IMG/VR virus record: IMGVR_UViG_3300026549_001501
Location: 1-35,347 of that record
DNA length: 35,347 nt
Direction: 5' to 3' (one strand)
From: a virus
Lineage: Duplodnaviria; Heunggongvirae; Uroviricota; Caudoviricetes
Below the pieces are notes generated by a model. The model was not told the origin of the DNA and made no database searches. It worked only from the letters and a program-made list of their open reading frames with translations. This document shows, in pieces, positions 19,001 through 27,810 of this stretch (its first letter is position 1; the number at the start of each line of letters is the position of its first letter). A program made the position numbers and the translations under genes.

Positions 19001-21075
19001 TATATATTTAAATCAGCATATCTTTCAATAGAGCCATTTCTGTAGTTTGCGCCGAAGTAAGCAATATTAGGGAAGATATGTGCCGCTCTCGGGCTCATTC
19101 TATATATATTAGCTGCCGCATTGAGGATACCATTGACATATATTCTAGCGGTGGCGCTGTTGCTGTCATTGATAACATATGAGAAATCAACCGTAGTACG
19201 CACATCGGGTGAAATAGGGCATATTAAATCATGTGGAAGTGGATTGCCCACTTTTGTTATTTCCCAAACTCTCCAACGTACCTTATCAGAATCAATTCTA
19301 ATACCATTGATAAGCGAATTGTCAACGCCACTGTCACCCCAAAGGAGAAGCGTATGCTCGTTATCATTTAACAAATCAGCTTTAATACTGAAAGAAATTG
19401 TGAAACCATAATAATTGGTATCATCGATATTCGTAGTAAGAGCAGCAATTTCCGCTGCATACCTTGACATATCAGTATAGGCATAAGCGTGGTTTTGAAG
19501 CCTCATATATGGAGTAGGAATCTCCCCATCTTCGACATGAATACCGCTTGCATCATTACCATTAAGAACATTAATGTCCAAAGTTACCGTATTACCTGTA
19601 AATTCATTACTGATAAAAGCATAGTCTGTCTGATTGGACGTCCATTTCATCTTTGAAACTTCAGATGCGTCATCTTTGTTCCATGAAGCAAATATAGTTC
19701 CTCCCGTCGTACCAATACCGCTTCTTGAATTAGATTGTCTTGGGAAAATTTCATTAGATTCTTCGACAATTGTAATATTTGTCATGGCAGATTGCGTACG
19801 GGTACCCAATGCATCCCATACTTGCACGCAGAGTTGAACAGTTTGCCCTTCTTGGAAACCGTGGGCAGCAGAGAGTGCATATTGAGATGATATTAGCGTA
19901 CCGACAGATGCTGAAGGATTATCAGAGAAAGTCGCCCCAGGCTCATGAGTATTTTCATCATAGTATTGTCCAAGAATAAGTGTTGAACTTGCCCCGTTAA
20001 CAATTTTTGCCGCATAGTAAGTTGCGTCAATAGGCGGACTGAGCACGGGGACATAAGTCTTGAAATTATAGGCGAGTGATGAATTAAGGGGAGCTTCTAC
20101 ATCTTCGCCGCTCGTGCCGTTTACGCCAAGAACGATTGTCATTTCTGTGGGGCTGACAATAAATACGCGGACCAGTATTTCATTAGAATAAATTGTGTTT
20201 GTACCAAGTGTGGCTGACGCGCTGAAACTTACAACATAGTAACGCCCCGGCGCTGGTTCGGAAAGTATATTCCAAAGAGAGAATGCCACCTTTTGTGGAT
20301 TAGTTGTAGAATTAACAAATTCAATGTTACTCCGTTCCATGTTGTAGGCACCGGTAAGAACTGTAGTCGAGTTCATAAGGCCGTTCGTAATAAGGAGTGG
20401 AATATTTCCGTAAGTACTGTTTTTCCTTATATTGTAAACGCCGGTAGCCTTGTTGTAATCATCGCCTGCAGTATCAACGTCAAAAGCAATGGAAAGTGAA
20501 GACTCGTAAATTGTAAAGTTCTTTGCAGTAATATTTGTGCCATAAGGGTTGATTGCCCTAATGAGCATTGAGTGTTCTTTTTTGGTACTGGTAGTATTGT
20601 CAATGTGCACCTTAACACTCTTATTAACTTCAATAGGGATATAGTCCGTAGGCGTTCCATCATAGGCATAAGAATATGTACAGATGTCTCCTTCAGAACC
20701 ACCCGTTATCATGAATTCAATGTCAAATGTCTTGCCTGTAACATATGCGGCGTTGTTGACAAGTGCAGGGCTGATAACTTCAATACCGAATGATTTTACG
20801 GTACCACCGCCACCGCCGCTTCCACCCGCTCCGCCGTGTTCGGTAAGCCAAGAAACGTTGCGTTGAAGTCTTGAAATGTCATCACCGATAACCGTAAGTG
20901 TTTCGTCGAGAGTAGTATCGCCGCTCTCTTTCGCATAATTTACGTTTGTCACGAAGACATTGGTATCGGTTATATTACTTCCGTCTTCAAGTCTTTGTTC
21001 AACAGAAACATCTGGAGCTGAAACCAACTCCCATTGATTTGTTTCCTTGTTATATCTTTTAAGATATTTTGCCAT
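13048..21075 (-). CDS. 2675-aa multidomain probable virion protein: beta-rich N-terminus, LamG-like domain, CotH-like kinase, LRR and BspA/DUF285-like repeats
   Basis: Gly linker GGAGGSGGGGG; LNIYEFSIYTRNL (LamG end); LQGTSTLGYRIKN, FTLKADVVDS, EGFPI, LGIYSFN, DSLGKN, FYDMDTAL (CotH-like order); LxxLxIxxC LRR run; repeated LxNxxxLFxxC units. Confidence 0.7.
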   Translation of the reverse strand: MAKYLKRYNKETNQWELVSAPDVSVEQRLEDGSNITDTNVFVTNVNYAKESGDTTLDETLTVIGDDISRLQRNVSWLTEHGGAGGSGGGGGTVKSFGIEVISPALVNNAAYVTGKTFDIEFMITGGSEGDICTYSYAYDGTPTDYIPIEVNKSVKVHIDNTTSTKKEHSMLIRAINPYGTNITAKNFTIYESSLSIAFDVDTAGDDYNKATGVYNIRKNSTYGNIPLLITNGLMNSTTVLTGAYNMERSNIEFVNSTTNPQKVAFSLWNILSEPAPGRYYVVSFSASATLGTNTIYSNEILVRVFIVSPTEMTIVLGVNGTSGEDVEAPLNSSLAYNFKTYVPVLSPPIDATYYAAKIVNGASSTLILGQYYDENTHEPGATFSDNPSASVGTLISSQYALSAAHGFQEGQTVQLCVQVWDALGTRTQSAMTNITIVEESNEIFPRQSNSRSGIGTTGGTIFASWNKDDASEVSKMKWTSNQTDYAFISNEFTGNTVTLDINVLNGNDASGIHVEDGEIPTPYMRLQNHAYAYTDMSRYAAEIAALTTNIDDTNYYGFTISFSIKADLLNDNEHTLLLWGDSGVDNSLINGIRIDSDKVRWRVWEITKVGNPLPHDLICPISPDVRTTVDFSYVINDSNSATARIYVNGILNAAANIYRMSPRAAHIFPNIAYFGANYRNGSIERYADLNIYEFSIYTRNLNDLQIIVNSKNSRFYTLADYNQWKTKNFITANELNPAIPESVFFNNGDYIEEFSTAQVSNIASRSTNPTLYIYFSQDAGFNKDWFYAKHTAEETGRTFDGVATYYDPDTQRTVQFAVKVTLQGTSTLGYRIKNLEMYVDETFTTETGTYVKLFQPKKEWFPESQFTLKADVVDSAHANNAVLGEWINNSGAFENNPAMANLEGNRPLDVDDAGNEPVPGAVHEDVTIKHTLEGFPILMFIAFSDSNAYTFLGIYSFNLGRYSYYNMGMKFLKSFSRRDAGGQKVACPKLINYYEEKDTLGEVKAGDIFSFEMGNAANEHIAEHPVWSQYRNSVIQTYGDFKYPSVGTTDDIWNKLCTAFESIARFEITSYYTDSYTGYQNIHDFIYDKIAGKYIDTGDEIAQQNLTTQDIEDHINVHNAIAYFVIANAFGMTDSLGKNMTLRTWDNGETWYTCFYDMDTALALANDGSESNPVTVSIDKVTMVSDPETQTSVLRTTYHDEQSKYAAYLSKIWGVFRDDMFINRHNNPQDRYEYIWNSMRSTNGKLSRASNFTDIMADRVDKCGEMVYDYDYNTKYIDDTNTQDSGVTPAITFLHGTRVEFVKDWLRKHFYFLDGMFDANRLGQGVSFSYADSPYNSDIFDIVASFSSAIPILAFTVKVTTPTFLGINVGSDTFKKYYIDTENTDTRLYFVNGTSSNAQINIKGSTLISKLEGLQGGFQAIGNNEPGVARALSEFNVESSNGLTESPFTSRVFILGGKSSLETINLSNTRGPSPLNNYVVDLGDFDKLINVNISNSDVTALGLPRTSLQRLDIRYSNLVSFTLVNQNILTGISFDGCSKLQSIHIDNCNAITDLNISDKINLSTISITNCDSLNSVTISGNTSLTTIELSNNRNLKTVRIVNCRSANLKININGSALQNITINEVNTTIPVTLPSRAFLSGVTSISIDNCYYFGGFKYGTEDIETYGEDNNYVLDLTPFTSLEGENISARNVLTMVYIRVPNDAEHPFDLRHGLIDGSKNVLTRIFGCFAITEIEQFFQFAKFYVREPLDLEGGKTPFDDSYYQWDNSSSYGTNVVINQSDMSSAFRMTSCSISDVYYIFKQCRHGVALTDIESGESMFRDCKSLRTTMQDSINPGIFSNLPELTNINNIFNGANIGGYIDNTILIPIKDNIEEFVNVFGTNETNIEKYYTKDDECFFPSGNNITVVEGFNPLPYNTEYEVPNPVFDTEMLKTLTKVEIIENSFNDCKIDFTNGEGDVNCDLFKTTVKLKKIGRSFLRVIGTGSLKNIFGGNSSSPSEFPEALEEIRGSFSFIEDPYCDHESISGECPINHDTGHKGVLMPIGNSFFKRIKGSIKAIGGKSRSYYEEKCFFSERNSVRETNAIRKYIDLDDCDGENFCYKIFNGCDNLEEVPYFFEGMDFNVIGGPSSISLLFDGNGNSMFKGLTKLKNITGLFSTMKNVKYTLSSGCAFEDCAIESASNLFKESNAANSAKRIGMVPYKLFYQGDVENTISDSKLGITEKTADSMGILADFEHYIEDLSGNPEEYRYVGTDTADKISLNFTYKLPKCIINNLSSVFEFSDSTELVQFSSLDMPYEEWIEDNENYNPIMFYTSQDESGNTVYSYNMSYNPYKKKWNKFVYDGTKAFTQMVEASVQYQTLLRVYAGEIIPEYMDDYGNPILDKDFPDGFRDYDDYFDLSALSDKDTGIEKDTDTYPIYNPGTGLFSIQNYFVPQDIFRYCANNRSTMVNSAFENECPTITHTADMWSCGVKGRIPPYIFEPIRNAITLSRVFYNCKGLLPHRWATYISGVPYSAGTAYPSTLISGMTNLSTFSTMFSNCTMWGRVTVPESFFSTNTELADISSIWNGMKWVEDTVTEQFPITLFVNNSKLSNLSGLFAYEGPYRMSSNLFNERNNPNIKNTSSFLFRCVHLMNTSRVPTFWDETKWIVPSFENTFAGISLEIIDAQGIPPAWYTEM

Positions 21076-21091
21076 TGGCTATTTTATTTTT

Positions 21092-23884
21092 TTACTTGCT
21101 TATTGAAATAATTCTTGTGTCAGTTTCTGCTTGAGGAACTTCCATATTTGTAATGCCATTGATTGAATGAATTGTAGTTTGCCAGTCTTTTTCAACGGCG
21201 CTATACCCTTTTTTAACAAATGGCCAATCAATATTGATATCAAATTTACCACTGCCATTAAATCCGCCGTAAGTTTTTCTTACTTCGCCCGTAATGGTGT
21301 TTGCATTTATAGTCCAAACAGTGTAGAAGGGGAATTTCTGTGCCGCGGCGGCGGTAGCGCTGTCTTTGTCAGCATCATAACTTGCGCGGGGGAAATAATA
21401 CCTCAACCAAGGAATATTTAGCCCAGGAAGCTCCTTGTTGGATGTATGCTTGTAAGCAGTTGCTTGCGACATTGCATAAAGAACAGGCGTTGAACCTGCA
21501 TGAATATCATTTTCAAACATGAAGGTACACATTTGCACCGCACTTGAGTAATCATCTTTAAGAGTGCCGTCATTTTTGAACCACGTGTTTGGATACTGAT
21601 AGCCCTCATATGAAGTAAGATCAGTGGCGCCAGCGTCGCCCTCATGCCCTAAAACTCGGTAATTTCCGATGTAGAAAGGTGAACTTGTATCTTTGCTTAC
21701 AACAATAATCGGATGCATAGAATCAACGCTTCTTACTTCGCCGTCATAAGCAACGTTCTCAAGAATTTGCCATGTACTTGCTTCTGTATGCTTATGCCCG
21801 CCAATACAAAGTTTAACGTTATGAGTTTGGCAGAATTCACTAAGCCAGAAATCTCCTGTCCCTTTTTCTGCAGGAACCTTGATATTTTGATTAGCATTAC
21901 TACCGCCTGTGCGTACTTTTAGCATACCTGAAGCCGTTTCAGTTACTTTTGGAGTTAAAATGGTAAAAGGCATCTCATGGCAAAAAACAATTTTCCAAAT
22001 GCTTGAATCTCCACTATAAGGTTCAATGTCGTTTTCACACCAATTCCAAATTTGAGGATAGAAATTACCCCAGTTTTCGCCGCCAAAGTTATATCCGTAT
22101 GCGTTAGTCTCCGTTGTCTTTTTAATTTCAGTGTTCATGCAAAGGAAGTGAGCCTTTCCATAGTTGAATGAATAAAGGGAAGGAATGTAATAATCATTTC
22201 CGTCGTATCCCGTAAAAATAGGCGCATTGTTTGGATCTATTTCGGCTGTATAGAAGAAAGTGTAATTCTCGTGCCAAAGTTTATTGTTATCTTCACCGTT
22301 ACCCATTTCATAAAGAACGTTGAGAGAAAGGTCATTGTTGCCTATGGTTGCCATTTCTTCCATATTATTAAAGAAATCTCCCTTTGCATCAAAGTAATCC
22401 TTCCATTCGTTTACACGATTACCATTCTGCGTCATGTCGCCTGTGTTAATCATGAAATGTGCGTCGTTGCTTCTTGTTTCTTTGGATATAAGTTTTGAAG
22501 AAGCTTCCCAAAGGCGATATTCTTCCCAGTTGAAGCCCTGTTGGTCACTTGTCTGAATAAATTTAAAGCCTGTATTTACCTCTGTGTCGGTTCTTACTGT
22601 AAAAGTACAAACAGGCGTACATTCGTTAAGATTAGGAGTGCCGTCATCATTCATTGAACCCGCTATATATTCGTAAGTTCCCGCGGTAAATCCACTCTGT
22701 ATATACTTATTTACAATAATAACGGTGTCGTTGGTATATTCTTTCATTATCCTGTCATATACAGTTCTTTCGGCAGGAGTATTATAGACTAACCTTCCAT
22801 CACCAGCACAGAAAGATTCGTGTGCCTTACCCCAAGATGAAGTACCCGCAGGACGTATCCAAATATACTTATTGTCAATACTCTTTGTAAGCCAATTGAA
22901 ACACCTTGTGGCACCATTTCCGTTATCAGTTGCCTGTCTACCAAATGAGCAGGTAATGATAGATGGCTTGTTATCAAAAAGCTTTGTTTTATTGTAGAAA
23001 ATATTTTTATGTTCTTCTGATGCCATAGGACGGTAAACTTCGACGCAAGGAATTATTTCCCCATCTTTCTTGGTTAAATCAACATAGCACCAATCATTAC
23101 TATTATTACGAGCGTTAATTGCTTTGGTTGCCTGCTTGACAGGATCCATGGCGTAGTATTTTCTAAATAATTTAGTATTAGAAAGCCCATCATAGAAAGC
23201 ATTTTCAAATCCGCCGGGGCTTTCGGTACCTTTCACGCCAATTAAATCAACGTATCCTATTGCGTCGGTTTTTGCGTTTTTAGCGTCTTTGTCATACGGC
23301 TGTTCGCCATTGTACTTATTAAGGTTGAATGCGAGGTAAAATTTAGCAGAAGTCTCGCTATCAAATTTAATAAGTTCCCCATTTTCAAGCCGCCATTCAA
23401 TGTCATACTTATCAACTTTTATTCTTGTGGTTGGAGAGTTGAGCATTGAGCATTGTGCACCACGGATAACGAATGTTGAACCCGCTTTAATAACGCCACT
23501 AAGAGGTAAGACAATCCAGTCAGCTCCGTTAATTGCATATTGAAGGGATATCCCCTTGAGGTTAATATCATTATTGGTGAGATTAGAAAGCTCTACAAAG
23601 TTATGGGAGCAATAATTAAGGGTATGTTCGTTTGCATCTTTTCCGCCACAATAGAAAGAATTGATATACAGTTTTGCCAATGTGCTACCCGTAGTACTAG
23701 GAGGCGTAAGAGGACCAGGGATACTTTTTTCATCGACAGCATAAAGATTACCCTCGTTATCTACTTTGAGAGTATATTCTATTAAGCCGTTAGGGGATGT
23801 AAGATGCCCCACTGTAGAAAGGTCAACGTCCGCAAAAACGCCATTAACTTTTATTTTCTTTGCTTTTTTTATTTCTTCTGCCAT
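21092..23884 (-). CDS. Lamin-tail-domain + calcineurin-like (purple acid phosphatase-like) metallophosphoesterase protein
   Basis: LYINSFYCGG...HNFVELSNLTNNDINLKGISLQYA (LTD), then TSDQQ, NTGDMTQNG, IGNNDL, FCHEMPF, GGHKH (metallophosphoesterase motifs). Confidence 0.8.
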   Translation of the reverse strand: MAEEIKKAKKIKVNGVFADVDLSTVGHLTSPNGLIEYTLKVDNEGNLYAVDEKSIPGPLTPPSTTGSTLAKLYINSFYCGGKDANEHTLNYCSHNFVELSNLTNNDINLKGISLQYAINGADWIVLPLSGVIKAGSTFVIRGAQCSMLNSPTTRIKVDKYDIEWRLENGELIKFDSETSAKFYLAFNLNKYNGEQPYDKDAKNAKTDAIGYVDLIGVKGTESPGGFENAFYDGLSNTKLFRKYYAMDPVKQATKAINARNNSNDWCYVDLTKKDGEIIPCVEVYRPMASEEHKNIFYNKTKLFDNKPSIITCSFGRQATDNGNGATRCFNWLTKSIDNKYIWIRPAGTSSWGKAHESFCAGDGRLVYNTPAERTVYDRIMKEYTNDTVIIVNKYIQSGFTAGTYEYIAGSMNDDGTPNLNECTPVCTFTVRTDTEVNTGFKFIQTSDQQGFNWEEYRLWEASSKLISKETRSNDAHFMINTGDMTQNGNRVNEWKDYFDAKGDFFNNMEEMATIGNNDLSLNVLYEMGNGEDNNKLWHENYTFFYTAEIDPNNAPIFTGYDGNDYYIPSLYSFNYGKAHFLCMNTEIKKTTETNAYGYNFGGENWGNFYPQIWNWCENDIEPYSGDSSIWKIVFCHEMPFTILTPKVTETASGMLKVRTGGSNANQNIKVPAEKGTGDFWLSEFCQTHNVKLCIGGHKHTEASTWQILENVAYDGEVRSVDSMHPIIVVSKDTSSPFYIGNYRVLGHEGDAGATDLTSYEGYQYPNTWFKNDGTLKDDYSSAVQMCTFMFENDIHAGSTPVLYAMSQATAYKHTSNKELPGLNIPWLRYYFPRASYDADKDSATAAAAQKFPFYTVWTINANTITGEVRKTYGGFNGSGKFDINIDWPFVKKGYSAVEKDWQTTIHSINGITNMEVPQAETDTRIISISK

Positions 23885-23916
23885 TTTTATTTTGTTTTAT
23901 TTTCCTTTATTCTTTT

Positions 23917-25137
23917 TTAGTTTATCGCCGTATCGTCAATATTGATAATGCCATCATTATCTATTGTTCCGACAAGGACAATTGTTCCATCTTCGTCAAT
24001 AGTAACAGAGGTACCATCTTCAGCAACTGCTGTGATTGTTCCATCGTCATCGATAGTATAAGTAATGGTGCTACCCGTAGGAGTAACACTTCCGCCCCCG
24101 TTAATCTTGAAGAGTTGAATTGTGCCGTTAGCTGCCTGCGCCTTATAATAGAGGGCATTTTCAGCAATGCACCAACAGAACTCATTAACAGCAAGATAAT
24201 CTGAATTGTTCATCAGAATATCCAAACTATCTGCATGCTTGGTAATGAGGTGCTTTACATTATATTGAGATTCATAGTCGGGTTTTTCGTTTTTTTCAAA
24301 AACAATGTAATATTGTTTGCTACTTGTATAGCCACTGTGCTCATCATCAGTGATAGTGGCGTTGAATTCAGTATCACCAGTGGTAAAGGCATAAAGCGTG
24401 CCGCCCGTAAAACTAATCGTTGCCGTGCCTGTGCCGACGGATAAATCAACTGTAATAGCTGTAGTTATTTCAATTTCTTCACCTGTAGAGTTCCATGCAC
24501 GAAGATAAGGATAGTACCTTTGTTCTGTATAGATACCCCCTTCAGAAAAATCAGTAAGAGGCGAATCCGCAATGTAGATATCCCATTTGTAAATTTCGGT
24601 ATCCCCCGTTGTATAAGGAGATGTTCCATCTTCGGGCATTTCGGGCGTATATTCATTTTCAAGCCAATATTTGTAAGAATTGGTAATGATGTCGCCTCCT
24701 CCGAGTGTGTTTGTAAGAGCTTCCTTACACTTTGCAAGCTCTTCCTTTAACACGCGTATTTCGGCTACCATATATTTAACGGTAGTCTTTAAATCGCTTG
24801 CAGGATAAGCACTTGCCACTTCTGTATCCCAATTGTCGGAAAGCCAAAGAGATTCTTCATCTTCAATGGGCTCAAGCCCATCTTTTTCAACAATTTTTAT
24901 TGTATCTTTTTCCCCAATCTCAACACTTAAGGAAGCAACGCCTTCAGTAATGTCTACGATTGCATTTACGGAGGAAATTGTGCCGTCCTTCGCATTTTTA
25001 TATCGTAATGTTATCTCTTCCCCATCAATAAAGTCCGAAAGATTGTCGTTAATATATTGAGTCAATGTCTCAATCGCTTCATTCTTCGCTTTATTGACAA
25101 AATATCTTGGGAATTGTATTTGAGTTTTTTCAACCAT
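23917..25137 (-). CDS. Acidic probable structural protein with C-terminal DxDG repeats
   Basis: 409-aa ORF (TTG at 25146, first ATG at 25137). It has a coiled-coil segment (VAEIRVLKEELAKCKEAL) and a C-terminal IDDDGT/AEDGT/IDEDGT/IDNDGI run. Confidence 0.5.
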   Translation of the reverse strand: MVEKTQIQFPRYFVNKAKNEAIETLTQYINDNLSDFIDGEEITLRYKNAKDGTISSVNAIVDITEGVASLSVEIGEKDTIKIVEKDGLEPIEDEESLWLSDNWDTEVASAYPASDLKTTVKYMVAEIRVLKEELAKCKEALTNTLGGGDIITNSYKYWLENEYTPEMPEDGTSPYTTGDTEIYKWDIYIADSPLTDFSEGGIYTEQRYYPYLRAWNSTGEEIEITTAITVDLSVGTGTATISFTGGTLYAFTTGDTEFNATITDDEHSGYTSSKQYYIVFEKNEKPDYESQYNVKHLITKHADSLDILMNNSDYLAVNEFCWCIAENALYYKAQAANGTIQLFKINGGGSVTPTGSTITYTIDDDGTITAVAEDGTSVTIDEDGTIVLVGTIDNDGIINIDDTAIN

Positions 25138-25162
25138 TTCGCTCAATGCATAGTATTTTTAA

Positions 25163-25170
25163 ATAAATAC
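25163..25170 (-). promoter_or_regulatory. GTATTTAT motif upstream of the structural operon
   Basis: The - strand reads AAAAGTATTTATTTAA, similar to GAAAGTATTTATAATG upstream of the LAGLIDADG gene. Confidence 0.3.
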
Positions 25171-25202
25171 TTTTTCAGGGTGAAATGGCTGTTTGCTAAA
25201 GC

Positions 25203-25256
25203 AAAAAACGCCCACTTATTGTGGGCTGATAATAAAAAAGGCTACATTTCGTAGCC
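25203..25256 (-). terminator. Two tandem intrinsic terminators after the homing endonuclease
   Basis: - strand GGCTAC-GAAAT-GTAGCC-TTTTTT (25240-25256, overlapping the stop) and GCCCAC-AATAA-GTGGGC-GTTTTTT (25210-25226). Confidence 0.7.
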
Positions 25257-26240
25257 CCATGTGTATCCATTTACGTTCAATTTCTTTTTGATTCTTACTT
25301 TTATTCCTTGAGGGGTTATGCCTGCATCTTTTCCGGCATTGGTCAAGCTATCAAACCTCGATATTATTGAGCCATTAAAGTATTTTAATATTTTCGGTTT
25401 ATCCGGCTTAATATTGTATGATAAGTATTTTTGTAATTTGCGCTTCAAATAATATTTCTTTCCTTTGTATAAAATTTCCATTATTTTTTTAAAATCTTTT
25501 TTTCTATTAATTTCAATAAGGAAATTTCCCTTTTTATCGTTTATAATATTTGAATGAATATCGTATTTCCTATTAAGAAATGATTTTATAATGTTTAAAT
25601 GCTCGGAACGTTTACTAATAATTGACCAATTATAGTTTTGATAGTTAAATGTTGTCGTCTCTCCATTCTTTTTATTATATGGCTTCTTTGAAGACGTAAC
25701 GCAAACCGTTCCATCGCCGTCAAAATATCCTCTTATAAAATCAATCATAAACTCATCGGGAATCATATTAAGAGCAGTCGTTGTTTCATATGTCTTCCTG
25801 TGTCCCATTCCGTATTTTTCAAGACGTTCACATAGATAATCAGATTTTATATCTATCGCCACCATTGGTTTTGATACATAGCCGGTCTTTTTATTTGTTT
25901 GTTCATTTATTTTGCGAATTTTTCTATTTGGTGAAATAAAACTTTTGAATAATTCAATAATTTCTCTGTCTTCTTCCCCGATAGAAATCTTAAGCATTCC
26001 TTTATATATTCCTCCGTCGGCGAAATAAAACCCAAGTAAATATGCCTTTATTTCACTATCAATTGTGTCGAAAAAAGTGTGAACGGTTGTATCATAAAGA
26101 TATTGCCTTCTATATTTTAAATTGTGTTCTTTAAAATATAGTTTCAACTCATACTCAGTGGTATGAAATTCTTTTATCATATCAGTTAAAGACGTATTAC
26201 CTGCTAAATAAGATTCATAAATTCTATTGTTAAAGTTCAT
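25242..26240 (-). mobile_element. Free-standing LAGLIDADG homing endonuclease with a NUMOD1-like C-terminal DNA-binding domain
   Basis: Two LAGLIDADG motifs (KAYLLGFYFADGG; FIRGYFDGDGTV), a C-terminal FDSLTNAGKDAGI...GYTWGY segment, very AT-rich. Confidence 0.85.
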
Positions 26241-26254
26241 ATCAGTTCTCTTTT

Positions 26255-26265
26255 CATTATAAATA
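26255..26265 (-). promoter_or_regulatory. TATTTATAATG motif upstream of the endonuclease
   Basis: Exact match to 2229-2239. Confidence 0.4.
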
Positions 26266-26316
26266 CTTTCATTTTTTAAAATATACTAAAAAATAGTGAA
26301 AAAATAACAAAAAAGC

Positions 26317-26344
26317 AAAAAAAAGTTCCGCATTTCTGCGGAAC
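26317..26344 (-). terminator. Intrinsic terminator after the RNA ligase
   Basis: - strand GTTCCGCA-GAAA-TGCGGAAC followed by a long T-run. Confidence 0.85.
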
Positions 26345-26348
26345 CTTT

Positions 26349-27740
26349 CTAAGCTAAATCTTCGATATTTTCCTCTCCCTTGTCAAGCTCAGCCTGTTCC
26401 TTATTGAGGAAGGCAAAACACTTAAGCTTGACTGCGCGTGGAATCATATCTTCTTTCTTTAGAACAATCCCTTCGTGTGGCACTTTGTTTTCACAATCGG
26501 GAGAATTCAGTTCCATATAGAATCTCTTATCGGAAGCAAGTGCCTCAATGAAGTTTTCGTTCCAATGCAGTTCTGTGTTAAGGTTCGGATACAAATCCTT
26601 TGCCTTTCCGTAGTAGCGTTCGATAACAGGGGTTAGCCCGTTGTACTTGCACCACTGCTGAACCTCCAATGTTGAGAACTCGTGAGCAATTCCGTCCACA
26701 TTAGTAAGTGTAATACGGTATACGCGAACCTTATAGTGCTTTTCGGGAGTGTACTTCTCGCCCGGTTTTGGTGGAACACAGCCATAATCGTAGTTTTTTT
26801 GAATGTACCCCCCATTTGGAAGGTAGCCTACGATTTCGGCGTAGATAGTCATACCCTTCACAAGGAACGGCTTTACATACTCGAAAGCCTCTTTCCACAC
26901 ATCGTTACCCTCTCCATAGAAGCCGGGGTGTGCGTTCTCTTCTTTACGAATCTTTCCGTTCTTTACGACAGAGCGAGAAGCGTAAAGATACTCGTAACGA
27001 TTGAACTCTTCACCGGTAAGCCACTTTGCAATCTTCTCCTTGAAGGTAAGAGGATGCTTGCAGAGAACATATGCAAAAATTGCACTAGTTCCGTGCCACT
27101 TATCAGAAATGTGAATCAAGTCATCCGGTTCAATGAACTGAGGCTCCTTACGATAGATTACAGTTGTATAGTGGAATCTGAACTGATCTTCAATTGTCCT
27201 ATCGAACAGTTTGACACGCTTATCGTAGCGGCCCTTTCCTGCTCCACCACCGCTACCCTGCTGATTATGGACGACAAATTTCTTGTTAATCCAGAAAGAC
27301 TTGCCATTGTGCTCAACCTCGTCGAATTCGGTTCCAACGGGGCAGTCATTTTCATCAAAGGCAACATTCGTTGAATCAACGACGAAATTGCAAAGAATCT
27401 GCAGGGGGAGCAAGAAGCCCTCAGAAACCTGTCCCTTCAGCTTAATCGCCTTTACGCGTCCGTTATCCTCGAACATGCCCGTAGCCTCTGGGTTCGCATT
27501 CTTCTCTGCGTGACGATAGAGGTTGGCAAATGAAAGGAACTGCGGGTTAATGCAGCAGGAGGTAGGGAAGTAGACGAATTTTCCGGGCTTCTCGTCAATA
27601 CCGACGAGAATGCTGAACCCATCTACGTGAGCCGCCTTAAGTCTTGTGACTTCAGGATTCGAATGTGGAGTAAAATCCTTAATCTCAACAATTTTCGCTA
27701 GATAATTTACATTTGCTTTTGCGCTTTTGTTTAGCTTCAT
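26349..27740 (-). CDS. RNA ligase, DRB0094/Rnl5-like, with N-terminal OB-type domain
   Basis: N-terminal YLAKIVEIKDFTPH...RVKAIKLKGQVSEGFLLP. Nucleotidyltransferase motifs SDKWHGTS (I), YAEIVG (III), EGIVLK (IV), VKLK (V). Confidence 0.82.
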   Translation of the reverse strand: MKLNKSAKANVNYLAKIVEIKDFTPHSNPEVTRLKAAHVDGFSILVGIDEKPGKFVYFPTSCCINPQFLSFANLYRHAEKNANPEATGMFEDNGRVKAIKLKGQVSEGFLLPLQILCNFVVDSTNVAFDENDCPVGTEFDEVEHNGKSFWINKKFVVHNQQGSGGGAGKGRYDKRVKLFDRTIEDQFRFHYTTVIYRKEPQFIEPDDLIHISDKWHGTSAIFAYVLCKHPLTFKEKIAKWLTGEEFNRYEYLYASRSVVKNGKIRKEENAHPGFYGEGNDVWKEAFEYVKPFLVKGMTIYAEIVGYLPNGGYIQKNYDYGCVPPKPGEKYTPEKHYKVRVYRITLTNVDGIAHEFSTLEVQQWCKYNGLTPVIERYYGKAKDLYPNLNTELHWNENFIEALASDKRFYMELNSPDCENKVPHEGIVLKKEDMIPRAVKLKCFAFLNKEQAELDKGEENIEDLA

Positions 27741-27810
27741 TTTTTAAAAGTTTTAATTGTTAATTATTTTCTCCGCACCACCTGCATTTAAGGATATGCA
27801 GGAAACCATA

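Noticed and set aside
13696-24750. Short + strand ORFs within the large - strand structural genes
   Set aside because: They are antisense to long motif-bearing ORFs and have no recognisable domains or regulatory signals.
25147-26348. Group I intron or intein hosting the LAGLIDADG ORF
   Set aside because: The flanks are only about 100 bp and filled by terminators and promoter motifs. The neighbouring genes are complete and unrelated, and there are no intein splice residues.
27781-27802. Hairpin CCTGCAT-N8-ATGCAGG between the HD-kinase and ligase genes
   Set aside because: There is no U-tract on the - strand, so it is not called a terminator. A stability or processing role cannot be supported from sequence alone.
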